Positions 32,715-40,675 of a DNA stretch of 64,000 bases are shown here, one piece after another. The translations under genes and the position numbers were made by a program. This DNA comes from a bacterium (GTDB taxonomy: Bacteria; Zhuqueibacterota; Zhuqueibacteria; Zhuqueibacterales; Zhuqueibacteraceae), in the NCBI GenBank assembly GCA_044869275.1, contig JBIOXB010000075.1, positions 13,120-77,119 on the forward strand, in the 5' to 3' direction. Under the pieces are notes generated by a model, which was not told the DNA's origin, searched no databases, and saw only the letters and a program-made list of their open reading frames with translations. Position 1 is the stretch's first letter. Each line of letters opens with the position of its first letter.

Positions 32715-35426
32715 TCATTCAATGGCTGGTTGTGTTCCCAGCCAAACTTTTCGCCAGCGCTGGCTCGACCAGAGTTTCTCTCGCACGGCATTTTCCGCTT
32801 CCAATAATTGGCGGTAGCGCGAATCGGCGCGTTTGGCTAATTCCATGGGAATGCCGTCTTCGATCACTTGGCCGTTTTCAATAACCGACACGCGGTCGAA
32901 TTCCAAAGTCTCGCCGACGTCGTGCGTGATGCAAAGCAGCGTCGCGTTCTTCCACAACTCGCGGCAACGCGCCAGCAGCGTGCGGCGTTGCTGGCGATCC
33001 AACCCGCGAAACGGTTCGTCGAGTATCGCCAGCCGCGCGTTGCCGCGCAGCATAGCGCGACCGAGGCGCACGCGCTGTCCTTCGCCGCCGGAAACCAAAC
33101 GGCCGCCTTCGCCGAGCGGCGTTTGCAAACCCTCCGGCAATTTTTGCAGAACGCCAATAAGCTCCGCTTGCTCGATAACCATTCCGAGCGCAGCCGCATG
33201 TTGATTTTCGTTGCCGTAGTGCAAATTGTCAAACAGCGAGCGATTCCACAAATGCACCGCCGGATCGGCCCACGCGGTTTCCTGGCGCAATTGATCGAGC
33301 CGCTCACCGGCAAGAGCTTCGCCATCCACTAAAACTTTTCCGGCCGCCGGGCGATGCCATCCTAAGAAAACTCCGACTAAACTCGATTTGCCCGCGCCGG
33401 AAGGTCCGACAATCGCCGTATGGCTTCCAGAGGTAATCGTGAAATCGATGTCCTGCAGAATCGTGTGGCCTGCCACGCGCACGCTCACTTGCTGCAGCGC
33501 GAGCGCCACGCCATGAGTTTTTTCCTTGTGTATTTGTGTTGATGGAGAAGTCGAGGCGGTCTCACCTTCCTCAGGCGCGCCCAGCGGTTCGAGCAGGCGC
33601 AGGATGATATTGCGATGCGCCGGATATTGTTGCATGACCTGCGCCACGCCTTGGCCGAGCACCGGCAGATTCAGCGTCCAATACGCCATCAGCAGCACCC
33701 AATTGACTTCCGCGGTTCTGGCGAGATAGCTGAACAAAATCCAGGCGGCGAGGGCATATCCCGAGATCGCCAAAAGGCCATCGAGCATGGCGAGCATGCG
33801 ATGGCGGCTCAGGCTGGAGCGCGCCCATTCCACCAACAGACCCTCATGCTCGGTCCGCACCGCGCGTTCCGCACCATGGCTGCGAATGGGCACGAGCCCG
33901 AGCAATGCATCGAGATAAAAACGTCCGAGCGCGCCGCTGTGGGTTTGCAGGCGCGAATCTTTTTCCATCAACAACGGCAGCGTCATTAAGGGAAGCGCAA
34001 TCACCAAAGCCGCGGCAAGAAAGGCAAGCGGCGCGCTGGGCGGATCGATCCAAGCGATGCCGGCGGCCGTCAGCAGCAGCTCGAAGATCGCTCGCAAAAG
34101 GTTCGCGTAGATGTTAGGCATCTCGCTCAAGTGGTACACCACATGACTGCGTTGCACCATATCCGAAATGGGGCGGCTTTGAAAATAGCGATCCGCAAGC
34201 CGCGGGATTTTTTTCAAGAATGCCATGCGCAGCCGCAATTCCAGGCGACGGCCAAAGCGCCAATAATTGGAGATATTGGGAACTTGCAGCAGCAATAGGG
34301 CGAGCGCAAAAATGAGCAAAATCACCATCGCACCGGCGCGTTGGCTGGGCAGGCTAAGCACCTCCCAAACTTCCATAAGGCTGCGCAGAACCAACGCTTC
34401 GAGAATGAATGCCACTGCCGTGGCAAACAGCGCCGCGATCATGAGCGCCGGCGTTTTCCAGCCATCTTGAAAAATGAGACGAAAGAGCTCGCGATCCGGA
34501 CGGAGGGGCGCTTCTTCGAGCGCGGCGGCCAGCTCCGGCGAAAGCGTTTTATTCTGCGCCGGCGTCGCAGCGTCGCCTGGAGCGGCATCCACACCATTGT
34601 GAGGCAATGGCCGTAAGGCTCGCACCAAAACAGCGCCGCGCAAGAGCAGTTGTTCCGCCGACGCGCCTGCGGAAGGCGAGGGTCGAACCGACCAGTAGGC
34701 GTTGGGAATGGCGCGATTTTCTGAGGAAGACTCCTGTACTGATTTCTCGAAAAAACGTTCGAGCACATGCCCGGCTTGCGGTCCGGCTTTGATGCCATCC
34801 GAACGAATCAGAGCATCGACCATGCGGGTCGCGGCATCCAGCGCAGCGAGCGAATGCCAGCTTGTGTCGACAAGTGCAGCGTCGATTATACCGCGAGACC
34901 GTCTTGGTGCGAGGCCCAAGTTGGCCAAGCGCCGTTGCAGCGGATAGATGAATTCCTCCGAGTCCGCCCATTCTCGCCACCCCGCCGCTGAGACCGCCAT
35001 CGTATGCACATAAAGCTCATTTAGAAAAAAATGCGTTGAAGGCCAGCGCCGCCCGGTGCCGGGATCCATGATTTGGAGCACACCCCCGTGCCGGCGCCAG
35101 GCAACGACAAAGTGCGTGGCGCCATCGGCTTGGCGCACCACGACGATGGCTGGCAAGGCGTTCGCCTCGGAAAGCAGCAGATGATCGACGGGAATCATGA
35201 TTTGATCCGCGTCCAAGCCGAGCTGGCGCGCGATCTCTTCCATGGTGTCAATCGAAGTGCCGTCGACGTCGGTTTGGCAGGCTTCGCGCAGACGACCATA
35301 ACTGACGCGAATGCCGAATCCCTCGAGCAAACATTTGAGCGCCGCCGGCCCGCAATCCATCGCCGAAGTCTGCACCACTTCGGGGGCGAAATAACGACGC
35401 GAGATTTTTGAAGCACTGACTTTCAT
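32715..35426 (-). CDS. Peptidase C39-containing ABC transporter (PCAT)
   Basis: QTSAMDCGPAAL (catalytic Cys), THFVV (His), MDPG (Asp); TMD; GPSGAGKS, VSGGE, ILDEP, ITHD. Confidence 0.92.
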   Translation of the reverse strand: MKVSASKISRRYFAPEVVQTSAMDCGPAALKCLLEGFGIRVSYGRLREACQTDVDGTSIDTMEEIARQLGLDADQIMIPVDHLLLSEANALPAIVVVRQADGATHFVVAWRRHGGVLQIMDPGTGRRWPSTHFFLNELYVHTMAVSAAGWREWADSEEFIYPLQRRLANLGLAPRRSRGIIDAALVDTSWHSLAALDAATRMVDALIRSDGIKAGPQAGHVLERFFEKSVQESSSENRAIPNAYWSVRPSPSAGASAEQLLLRGAVLVRALRPLPHNGVDAAPGDAATPAQNKTLSPELAAALEEAPLRPDRELFRLIFQDGWKTPALMIAALFATAVAFILEALVLRSLMEVWEVLSLPSQRAGAMVILLIFALALLLLQVPNISNYWRFGRRLELRLRMAFLKKIPRLADRYFQSRPISDMVQRSHVVYHLSEMPNIYANLLRAIFELLLTAAGIAWIDPPSAPLAFLAAALVIALPLMTLPLLMEKDSRLQTHSGALGRFYLDALLGLVPIRSHGAERAVRTEHEGLLVEWARSSLSRHRMLAMLDGLLAISGYALAAWILFSYLARTAEVNWVLLMAYWTLNLPVLGQGVAQVMQQYPAHRNIILRLLEPLGAPEEGETASTSPSTQIHKEKTHGVALALQQVSVRVAGHTILQDIDFTITSGSHTAIVGPSGAGKSSLVGVFLGWHRPAAGKVLVDGEALAGERLDQLRQETAWADPAVHLWNRSLFDNLHYGNENQHAAALGMVIEQAELIGVLQKLPEGLQTPLGEGGRLVSGGEGQRVRLGRAMLRGNARLAILDEPFRGLDRQQRRTLLARCRELWKNATLLCITHDVGETLEFDRVSVIENGQVIEDGIPMELAKRADSRYRQLLEAENAVREKLWSSQRWRKVWLGTQPAIE

Positions 35427-35465
35427 GATAATTTTTTGGGCAGGGTAACAGGATTGACAGACAAA

Positions 35466-36638
35466 CTAAAACTGAACCGTCTTTTTCGATGACTTCACCA
35501 ACTCGCTCACCGTTTGCAAAACCAGCGAAGCCGGCGAAACACGATCCACTTCGATTTCGATGGCACCGGTAAGGCCGTGTTGCAAGAGGAATGTTGGATT
35601 TTGCTGCGGCTGCACGCTGCACTCGACGCGGAATTTGCCGTCACGCGGCTCGCTGGCGACGTTGCCGACTTGCGCCGCGAGAATGCCGAATTGCGTCCAT
35701 GGGTAAGCATCCAAACGCATGCTGGCCGGTTGTCCAGAGCGAATGCGTCCCAAGGCCCGACCGACGGCAAAATTCGCCACGATGCGAACCTCGCCCGAGG
35801 GCACGATCGTCGCCAGCTTGTCGCCGGGTTTTACGACTCCGCCAACCTGCAGCTCTGTGGTCTCACCGATGCGGCCGCTGATCGGTGCGTGAATAAATTG
35901 CTCTTGAATCTCGAGCTGCTCGCGCGCAATCGTTTTTTCCGTGGTGGCAATTTGACCTTCGAACAGAGCCACTTCACGATTCAAGCGCTCGAGCTTGGCT
36001 TCCTGATCGCTCGTTTTGGTGCCCTGCTCGTTTTGCATTCGGCTGGCCGTCAATCGCAGCGCTTCGGCGGCCGCACGCGATCGGGTAGCATTGGCCTCAG
36101 CGCGGCGAAATTCCACTTCCGAAATCAGCCCGCGTTTAAAAAGCTCCCGCATGCGCTCCGCTTCCTTTTCGGCCAATTGGGCGGAAGTCTCGGCTTCGAG
36201 CTGGCGCGCACTGGCCTCTTTCACAGCTGTCGGCGCAGCTTGGAGCTCCTGCTCATACGCTCGCGCCTGCGCGCTGACTTCATTGCGCAACGCCGCGAGC
36301 TGATTCTGCAATCCGGCCAGATGAGATCTTTGCTCTTCCAAATGCAGCTTGTGCTCTTCGGTATCCAATTCCACGAGAACGTCGCCGGCAGTTACTTCCG
36401 CGCCGAGCTGCAAGCGCGTTTGCACAACACGGCCGCCGAACTGCACGGCCACCGGATGCACCGCGCTTTCCACTTCCAACCGCGCGGTCTCACTGGTTTC
36501 ATATAACGCAACGCGCGCCAGCAACAGCCACAGTGTCCAGACGATTAACAGCGCCAGCACCGTCAAAACCGCGAGATTGGCGCGGCGAAAACCATCCAAT
36601 TCAAGTGAACGAAGTGACCGAGAGAAAGATATAGACAT
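35466..36638 (-). CDS. HlyD family secretion/membrane fusion protein
   Basis: N-terminal TM, GGRVV...G..V..GDVL, long coiled coil, IHAPISG, YPWTQFG. Confidence 0.9.
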   Translation of the reverse strand: MSISFSRSLRSLELDGFRRANLAVLTVLALLIVWTLWLLLARVALYETSETARLEVESAVHPVAVQFGGRVVQTRLQLGAEVTAGDVLVELDTEEHKLHLEEQRSHLAGLQNQLAALRNEVSAQARAYEQELQAAPTAVKEASARQLEAETSAQLAEKEAERMRELFKRGLISEVEFRRAEANATRSRAAAEALRLTASRMQNEQGTKTSDQEAKLERLNREVALFEGQIATTEKTIAREQLEIQEQFIHAPISGRIGETTELQVGGVVKPGDKLATIVPSGEVRIVANFAVGRALGRIRSGQPASMRLDAYPWTQFGILAAQVGNVASEPRDGKFRVECSVQPQQNPTFLLQHGLTGAIEIEVDRVSPASLVLQTVSELVKSSKKTVQF

Positions 36639-36767
36639 GGCGAAACCTACAAAATTGGGTGGTCATAATTTCCGGAAGGATTCCATAAATTAACTTAAAA
36701 GTCAACTACTTTTATGACTTGCTCCTTTGGTGGTGAAAACTTCCGCTATTTTTTGATTCCGCCTTCT

Positions 36768-38147
36768 TTACATGAACTCCAATTCCGGATTGCCAAGCAG
36801 CGTGATACTCTCCGTATTTCTTATGATCTGCGTATCTCCCTCGAGCACAGCAACCACGGCGGATTGAATAATTTCAAAGCATCTTTCTTTTGGTAAACCG
36901 ATGATCGCAAGAGGGAAAGACCCGATAATGACCAGTAGGGGAGTGCGAACATAGTGTTTCGCGGCATTCCGCGCTTCGAACACCAGGGCGTCACCGAAGG
37001 CTTCCTCCAAGCCGGGCCGAACGACGCCTTCGAACCACGCGCAAGAATTGCATCCCCAGCGTTTGTAAACGACGATATGCGCTTTGCCTTTTGGAACCTC
37101 AATTCCCTCCTGAATCACTGACCGCACCAATTTGTGCGCTCCGTAGCTCAAGCGCCGGTTCGTGATCTGGCACGCTATCCGCACCGCTGCCCAGGTCAAA
37201 CCGAAAGCGATTCCCGCCGTGCCCGCTAAGCTGGCGAGCTGCGCGTTGCTCGATTTTGTTGCCGTCAGAGAGGCCGCCATAGCGACCATTGCGGAGAATC
37301 CCACCATTAAACAGGGCATGCAAAGAATACGTTGCTTAAGGAGACGGCTCAACAAGAAAGCATGCGCACCCATCGCAACAAAGATGCCCACGAGGATGGC
37401 AAAATGGCCGAGGGTATGCAACGTGCCGGCCCATAGCACGGAGTACAAACCGGTTCCCAGCCATGCCAAAGGCAATCCACCCAACAAGCTGGTGGCGCGG
37501 TCACAGGAAACGCAGTTTTTGGCCAACAGCGCTGACCATAGGGAGCCGCCAAAACAAACCGCCAAAGCCGTCAATGCCAACCATGATGGTTTCTGTCTCG
37601 CCGATAACATCCACGGTAAATGGTCAAAAGTTGCCATGAGCGTTGCCACAGCCACGATTCCCACACTCAGACCAAAGACCAGCCGGGGGCCGGCGCGTCG
37701 CAGGTCTCTTAACTCCTTCAGCGCCTGCTGCTCAGCATCGTGATCGCGGCTCAGCACCACCACCTCTCCGGTCCAGCGTTGGCAGAATTGTTCGCGGGAA
37801 AGAGTGACCAATCCAACGGCGGGATCAGCGATGAATGCTTCGCGATCGTCAACCTGATGCAGAACGACGAAACATTCGCGCGCGTTTTCCTTGAAGACCA
37901 TGATTGCAGGTAGAGCCACTGATGGGAGCTCCTCGTAAGGGCCTTCCATGGCCACTGCACTGAGACCGTACTGGCGGGCTGTCCCCAGCAGCAGCGCTAG
38001 CTCTTCGATTTTATCGGCATTGCCGAGAAGACGCATCTCTTGAAGGCCGATTGGACTGTGAAGATGCTGTGCGACAATGGCCAGGGCCGCCGCGCCATTT
38101 TCTTGGGGCCGCCCTTGCCGAACGCAAAGAAGATTTTGCTCAATCAA
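36768..38147 (-). CDS. Fusion: inactive C39-like domain + VKOR-like membrane domain + thioredoxin-like domain
   Basis: RQGRPQENGAAAL (Cys->Asn), CFVVL (His lost), IADP, F.QRWTG; VKOR-like CVSC and CMPC pairs in the TM region; C-terminal WGCNSC; TTG start after AAGGAG. Confidence 0.8.
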   Translation of the reverse strand: MIEQNLLCVRQGRPQENGAAALAIVAQHLHSPIGLQEMRLLGNADKIEELALLLGTARQYGLSAVAMEGPYEELPSVALPAIMVFKENARECFVVLHQVDDREAFIADPAVGLVTLSREQFCQRWTGEVVVLSRDHDAEQQALKELRDLRRAGPRLVFGLSVGIVAVATLMATFDHLPWMLSARQKPSWLALTALAVCFGGSLWSALLAKNCVSCDRATSLLGGLPLAWLGTGLYSVLWAGTLHTLGHFAILVGIFVAMGAHAFLLSRLLKQRILCMPCLMVGFSAMVAMAASLTATKSSNAQLASLAGTAGIAFGLTWAAVRIACQITNRRLSYGAHKLVRSVIQEGIEVPKGKAHIVVYKRWGCNSCAWFEGVVRPGLEEAFGDALVFEARNAAKHYVRTPLLVIIGSFPLAIIGLPKERCFEIIQSAVVAVLEGDTQIIRNTESITLLGNPELEFM

Positions 38148-38184
38148 GATGCAAATGCTCCTTTTCTTCTTCTTTCATACGGCG

Positions 38185-38219
38185 GGCGGGCAGTCCCTAA
38201 TCAATCGGAGCTGCCCGCC
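38185..38219 (-). other. Stem-loop 3' of precursor peptide 3
   Basis: ggcgggcag (38185-38193) / ctgcccgcc (38211-38219); no U-tract on the coding strand. Confidence 0.65.
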
Positions 38220-38236
38220 ACCGAAGACCCTGTAGA

Positions 38237-38293
38237 TTAGCGCCAGCAACCTCGGGGGCACGGACCGGCCTTGATGTTGGTTTTTACCTTCAT
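38237..38293 (-). CDS. Micro-precursor peptide 3, MKVKTNIKAG-PCPRGCWR (18 aa)
   Basis: Manual translation; AAGGAG RBS 7 nt upstream; leader shared with two neighbouring ORFs; below the ORF-track size cutoff. Confidence 0.85.
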   Translation of the reverse strand: MKVKTNIKAGPCPRGCWR

Positions 38294-38375
38294 GACGTTC
38301 TCCTTATGAGGGGTTGGGTTAACAGCTTTGTGGTTTGTTTTGTTTTACTTCTATTCTTTCGACTTCCACTTGTTT

Positions 38376-38402
38376 GATGCAACTCGTATTGAAATTCCAT
38401 AA
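38376..38402 (-). promoter_or_regulatory. Putative ECF-sigma promoter TTATGGAA-N14-GCATC for peptide 3
   Basis: Bipartite motif with identical spacing about 80 nt upstream of each precursor ATG. Confidence 0.7.
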
Positions 38403-38429
38403 GACCTTTTTCGTCGTTTGGGAGATCGC

Positions 38430-38458
38430 GACGAGTCCCGTTGACTTCGAGACTCGTC
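38430..38458 (-). other. Stem-loop 3' of precursor peptide 2
   Basis: gacgagtc (38430-38437) / gactcgtc (38451-38458). Confidence 0.65.
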
Positions 38459-38470
38459 AGGAGCTGGCGC

Positions 38471-38527
38471 CTAGTTCATCGCCAGACCTTTGGGCTTGCC
38501 GGCTTTCACGTTCGTTTTTACCTTCAT
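38471..38527 (-). CDS. Micro-precursor peptide 2, MKVKTNVKAG-KPKGLAMN (18 aa)
   Basis: Manual translation; AAGGAG RBS 7 nt upstream; shared leader. Confidence 0.85.
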   Translation of the reverse strand: MKVKTNVKAGKPKGLAMN

Positions 38528-38604
38528 GGCTTTCTCCTTCGAGAGTTTGGGGTTAATTGCTTCTGGTTTGGTTTCAGTTTTTTGTTTTCAACTTCCACAT
38601 ACTT

Positions 38605-38631
38605 GATGCAGCTTGTATCGAAATTCCATAA
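38605..38631 (-). promoter_or_regulatory. Putative ECF-sigma promoter TTATGGAA-N14-GCATC for peptide 2
   Basis: Exact motif copy with the same 14-nt spacer. Confidence 0.7.
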
Positions 38632-38649
38632 AATTTTCTTGTCTGTTTT

Positions 38650-38694
38650 TGAGAGCGCGCGGAGCGACCTTTTTGACCTCCAGCCGCGCTCTCA
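38650..38694 (-). other. Stem-loop 3' of precursor peptide 1
   Basis: tgagagcgcg (38650-38659) / cgcgctctca (38685-38694). Confidence 0.65.
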
Positions 38695-38712
38695 GCAGCG
38701 CCGGTGTCTTGC

Positions 38713-38775
38713 TTAGCGAATGTTCTGCGAAATGCACTTGTGGCAGCCGGCTTTCACGTTCGTTTTCACCTTCAT
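38713..38775 (-). CDS. Micro-precursor peptide 1, MKVKTNVKAG-CHKCISQNIR (20 aa)
   Basis: Manual translation; GAGGTG RBS; shared leader. Confidence 0.85.
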   Translation of the reverse strand: MKVKTNVKAGCHKCISQNIR

Positions 38776-38859
38776 GACTCACCTCGTTGGTTTGGGTTTG
38801 AACTGCTATCTTTGTGAGTTGATTCTCTTCTGCCTTCATTTCCTGCTTTCACTCACAGA

Positions 38860-38886
38860 GATGCACCCACCACAAAAATTCCACAA
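38860..38886 (-). promoter_or_regulatory. Putative ECF-sigma promoter TTGTGGAA-N14-GCATC for peptide 1
   Basis: One-mismatch copy of the motif, same spacing. Confidence 0.68.
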
Positions 38887-38910
38887 AAGTTCTCTAAAAA
38901 TTTTGCAGGC

Positions 38911-38941
38911 TTGACAAAACAGGCAAATTGTGCAATATTAT
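38911..38941 (+). promoter_or_regulatory. Putative sigma70 promoter for the ECF/anti-sigma/CHAT operon
   Basis: TTGACA (38911-38916), 17 nt, then AATATT preceded by TG. Confidence 0.5.
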
Positions 38942-39115
38942 ACCGCTTTCAGATTCCCACCGGGTTTAATGAAAACGAGGTTTTGAGCTTTTTCGCCTAT
39001 TTTGTCTTTAGCCCGTAAAGCATGCGGCTAATCCCTGCTTTCATTTGCCACATTTTCTAACAGAAGCATTTAGCCACGCTACGCGTGATGATTCGAAGAT
39101 TCAGGAGTTACAAAA

Positions 39116-39706
39116 TTGCCCCTTATAATTGATCGAAAAGCTGAAGTCGCACTTTCAGATATAGAATTGATTGCGCGGTACAGGGAATCCCGAGATGTGG
39201 CTTACCCGGGCGTGCTCTTCCAGCGTTATGCCCACTTGGTTCTGGGTATTTGCTTGAAGTATCTCAAGAACGAAGAGGATAGTAAAGACGCGGCCATGGA
39301 ACTGTTCGAGAATCTCACCGAAATGCTGGTGAAACACGAGATCACCAATTTCAAAAGCTGGTTGCATACCACCACGAAAAATCATTGCCTGATGAAGCTG
39401 CGTAAGCCGGAAGCCAAAGCCATCAGACGAAATTTGGAAGGCGTGGATGAAAGTTTATTTATGGAAAATCCCGAGTCCGAGCATCTTATAGTAGAAGAAA
39501 TGCGTGATTTACAAATCCGCCATTTGGGAACGGCCTTACCACGGTTGAACGAAGAACAGAGGGTTTGCATCGAATTGTTTTATTTGCAGGGAAAAAGCTA
39601 TCAAGAGGTGGCGGAAACCACCGGATATAGTTTGAATCAAGTCAAGAGCCATATCCAAAACGGAAAGAGAAACTTGAAGAACTTTTTGACGAATGTGAAG
39701 GAATAA
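39116..39706 (+). CDS. ECF sigma-70 family factor
   Basis: Region 2 (LFQRY...DAAMELF...FKSWL.TTTKNHCL) and region 4 (LNEEQRVCIELFY...SYQEVAE.TG...VKSHIQNGKRNL); TTG start after AGGAG. Confidence 0.93.
   Translation: MPLIIDRKAEVALSDIELIARYRESRDVAYPGVLFQRYAHLVLGICLKYLKNEEDSKDAAMELFENLTEMLVKHEITNFKSWLHTTTKNHCLMKLRKPEAKAIRRNLEGVDESLFMENPESEHLIVEEMRDLQIRHLGTALPRLNEEQRVCIELFYLQGKSYQEVAETTGYSLNQVKSHIQNGKRNLKNFLTNVKE
39459..39485 (+). promoter_or_regulatory. Intragenic copy of the TTATGGAA-N14-GCATC motif inside the ECF sigma gene
   Basis: ttatggaa-aatcccgagtccga-gcatc, encoding FMENPESEHL; oriented toward the anti-sigma gene. Confidence 0.6.
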
Positions 39707-39710
39707 AGCG

Positions 39711-40595
39711 ATGCTGGTTGCATTTGAGAATGTGAACGCCGCGGACGAAAGAACGACTCCGTGTTTGAGTTTCGAACAAATGGTGGGTTATGAGGAAAAA
39801 ACCTTATCCCCGGCGCAATATGCTGCAGTTGATGAGCACTTGACGCAGTGTGAGCTTTGCAGCGAGGCCATGGAAGGCTTTGCCGCTTTTCCGGATAAAG
39901 CCCGGCGGTCGTTCTTGGTGCAAGAGCTGCACGAGGAGATTCAGAGAAGATCCCTGCCGGAAGTTGCACCGGAATCTGAGCCTACATGGTCCGAACGACT
40001 CGCAGGAGTGGTGCGATCGGCAAAAAGCTGGCTTGCCGGAACGATGAAAAATTCCCACTCGATTTTGATCACACCGCGATACGGTGTGAAGCTGGCTTAT
40101 GCTATGGCAACGACTTTCTTGGTCGGCGTAGTTTCGGTAATTTATCTGAATCGCGAGACGCCGGGCGAGAAGTTGTTTGCTTCATACTTTCAGCCTTATC
40201 CCAACCTCGCCTCCTCCGTGCGCGGCGAGCAAGACGCAAGCAAATTGCAGGAGGCTTTGCAATCCTATGATGCGCAAGATTTCGAGGCCGCGCTGCAGGA
40301 GCTGCGAGACATTCTCGCCTCCCAGCCCAACAACGTCATGGCGAATTTTTATGCCGGTATTTCTTATTTGAATCTCAAAGAAACTGAACGAGCGATTGCC
40401 AGTCTGCAAAAAGTGCTTGCGCTCAACGATGCGAAGTTTTCAGCACCGGCGCTTTGGTATCTGGCGCTCGCTTACCTGCAGCAAGATCAATTGGTGCAAG
40501 CACGTGCCACTCTGGAAGGCATTACCGCCAATCAACACCTGTACCAAGCGCAAGCCATAAAGCTGCTGGAGCAACTTCGTTCCGGTGGCCAGTGA
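39711..40595 (+). CDS. Zinc-finger (HxxxCxxC) anti-sigma factor with TM helix and C-terminal TPRs
   Basis: DEHLTQCELC, TM AYAMATTFLVGVVSVIYL, TPR motifs FYAGISYL and WYLALAYL; 4 nt after the sigma stop. Confidence 0.85.
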   Translation: MLVAFENVNAADERTTPCLSFEQMVGYEEKTLSPAQYAAVDEHLTQCELCSEAMEGFAAFPDKARRSFLVQELHEEIQRRSLPEVAPESEPTWSERLAGVVRSAKSWLAGTMKNSHSILITPRYGVKLAYAMATTFLVGVVSVIYLNRETPGEKLFASYFQPYPNLASSVRGEQDASKLQEALQSYDAQDFEAALQELRDILASQPNNVMANFYAGISYLNLKETERAIASLQKVLALNDAKFSAPALWYLALAYLQQDQLVQARATLEGITANQHLYQAQAIKLLEQLRSGGQ

Positions 40596-40675
40596 GTGGT
40601 TAACAATCGTCCGTTTCGTACACGCTAAACATTGAAAACGGGCTACTTCAGACACACCCGCCGCGGAGGTCTACC

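Noticed and set aside
38148..38174. Possible additional motif copy before the C39-VKOR gene
   Set aside because: GCATC is present but the upstream box reads AAGAAGAA and the site abuts the start codon, overlapping the RBS.
38376..38402. Motif as a sigma54 promoter
   Set aside because: GG-to-GC distance is 16 nt, not the required 10.
38588..38839. 83-aa minus-strand ORF in the track
   Set aside because: It overlaps precursor 1 in another frame and runs through the hairpin and next promoter; the short ORF has the RBS and the repeated leader.
38185..38886. Repeated ~240 bp units as a CRISPR array or toxin-antitoxin repeats
   Set aside because: No identical 23-50 nt repeats with unique spacers and no cas genes; the peptides are hydrophilic with a shared leader, unlike type I toxins.
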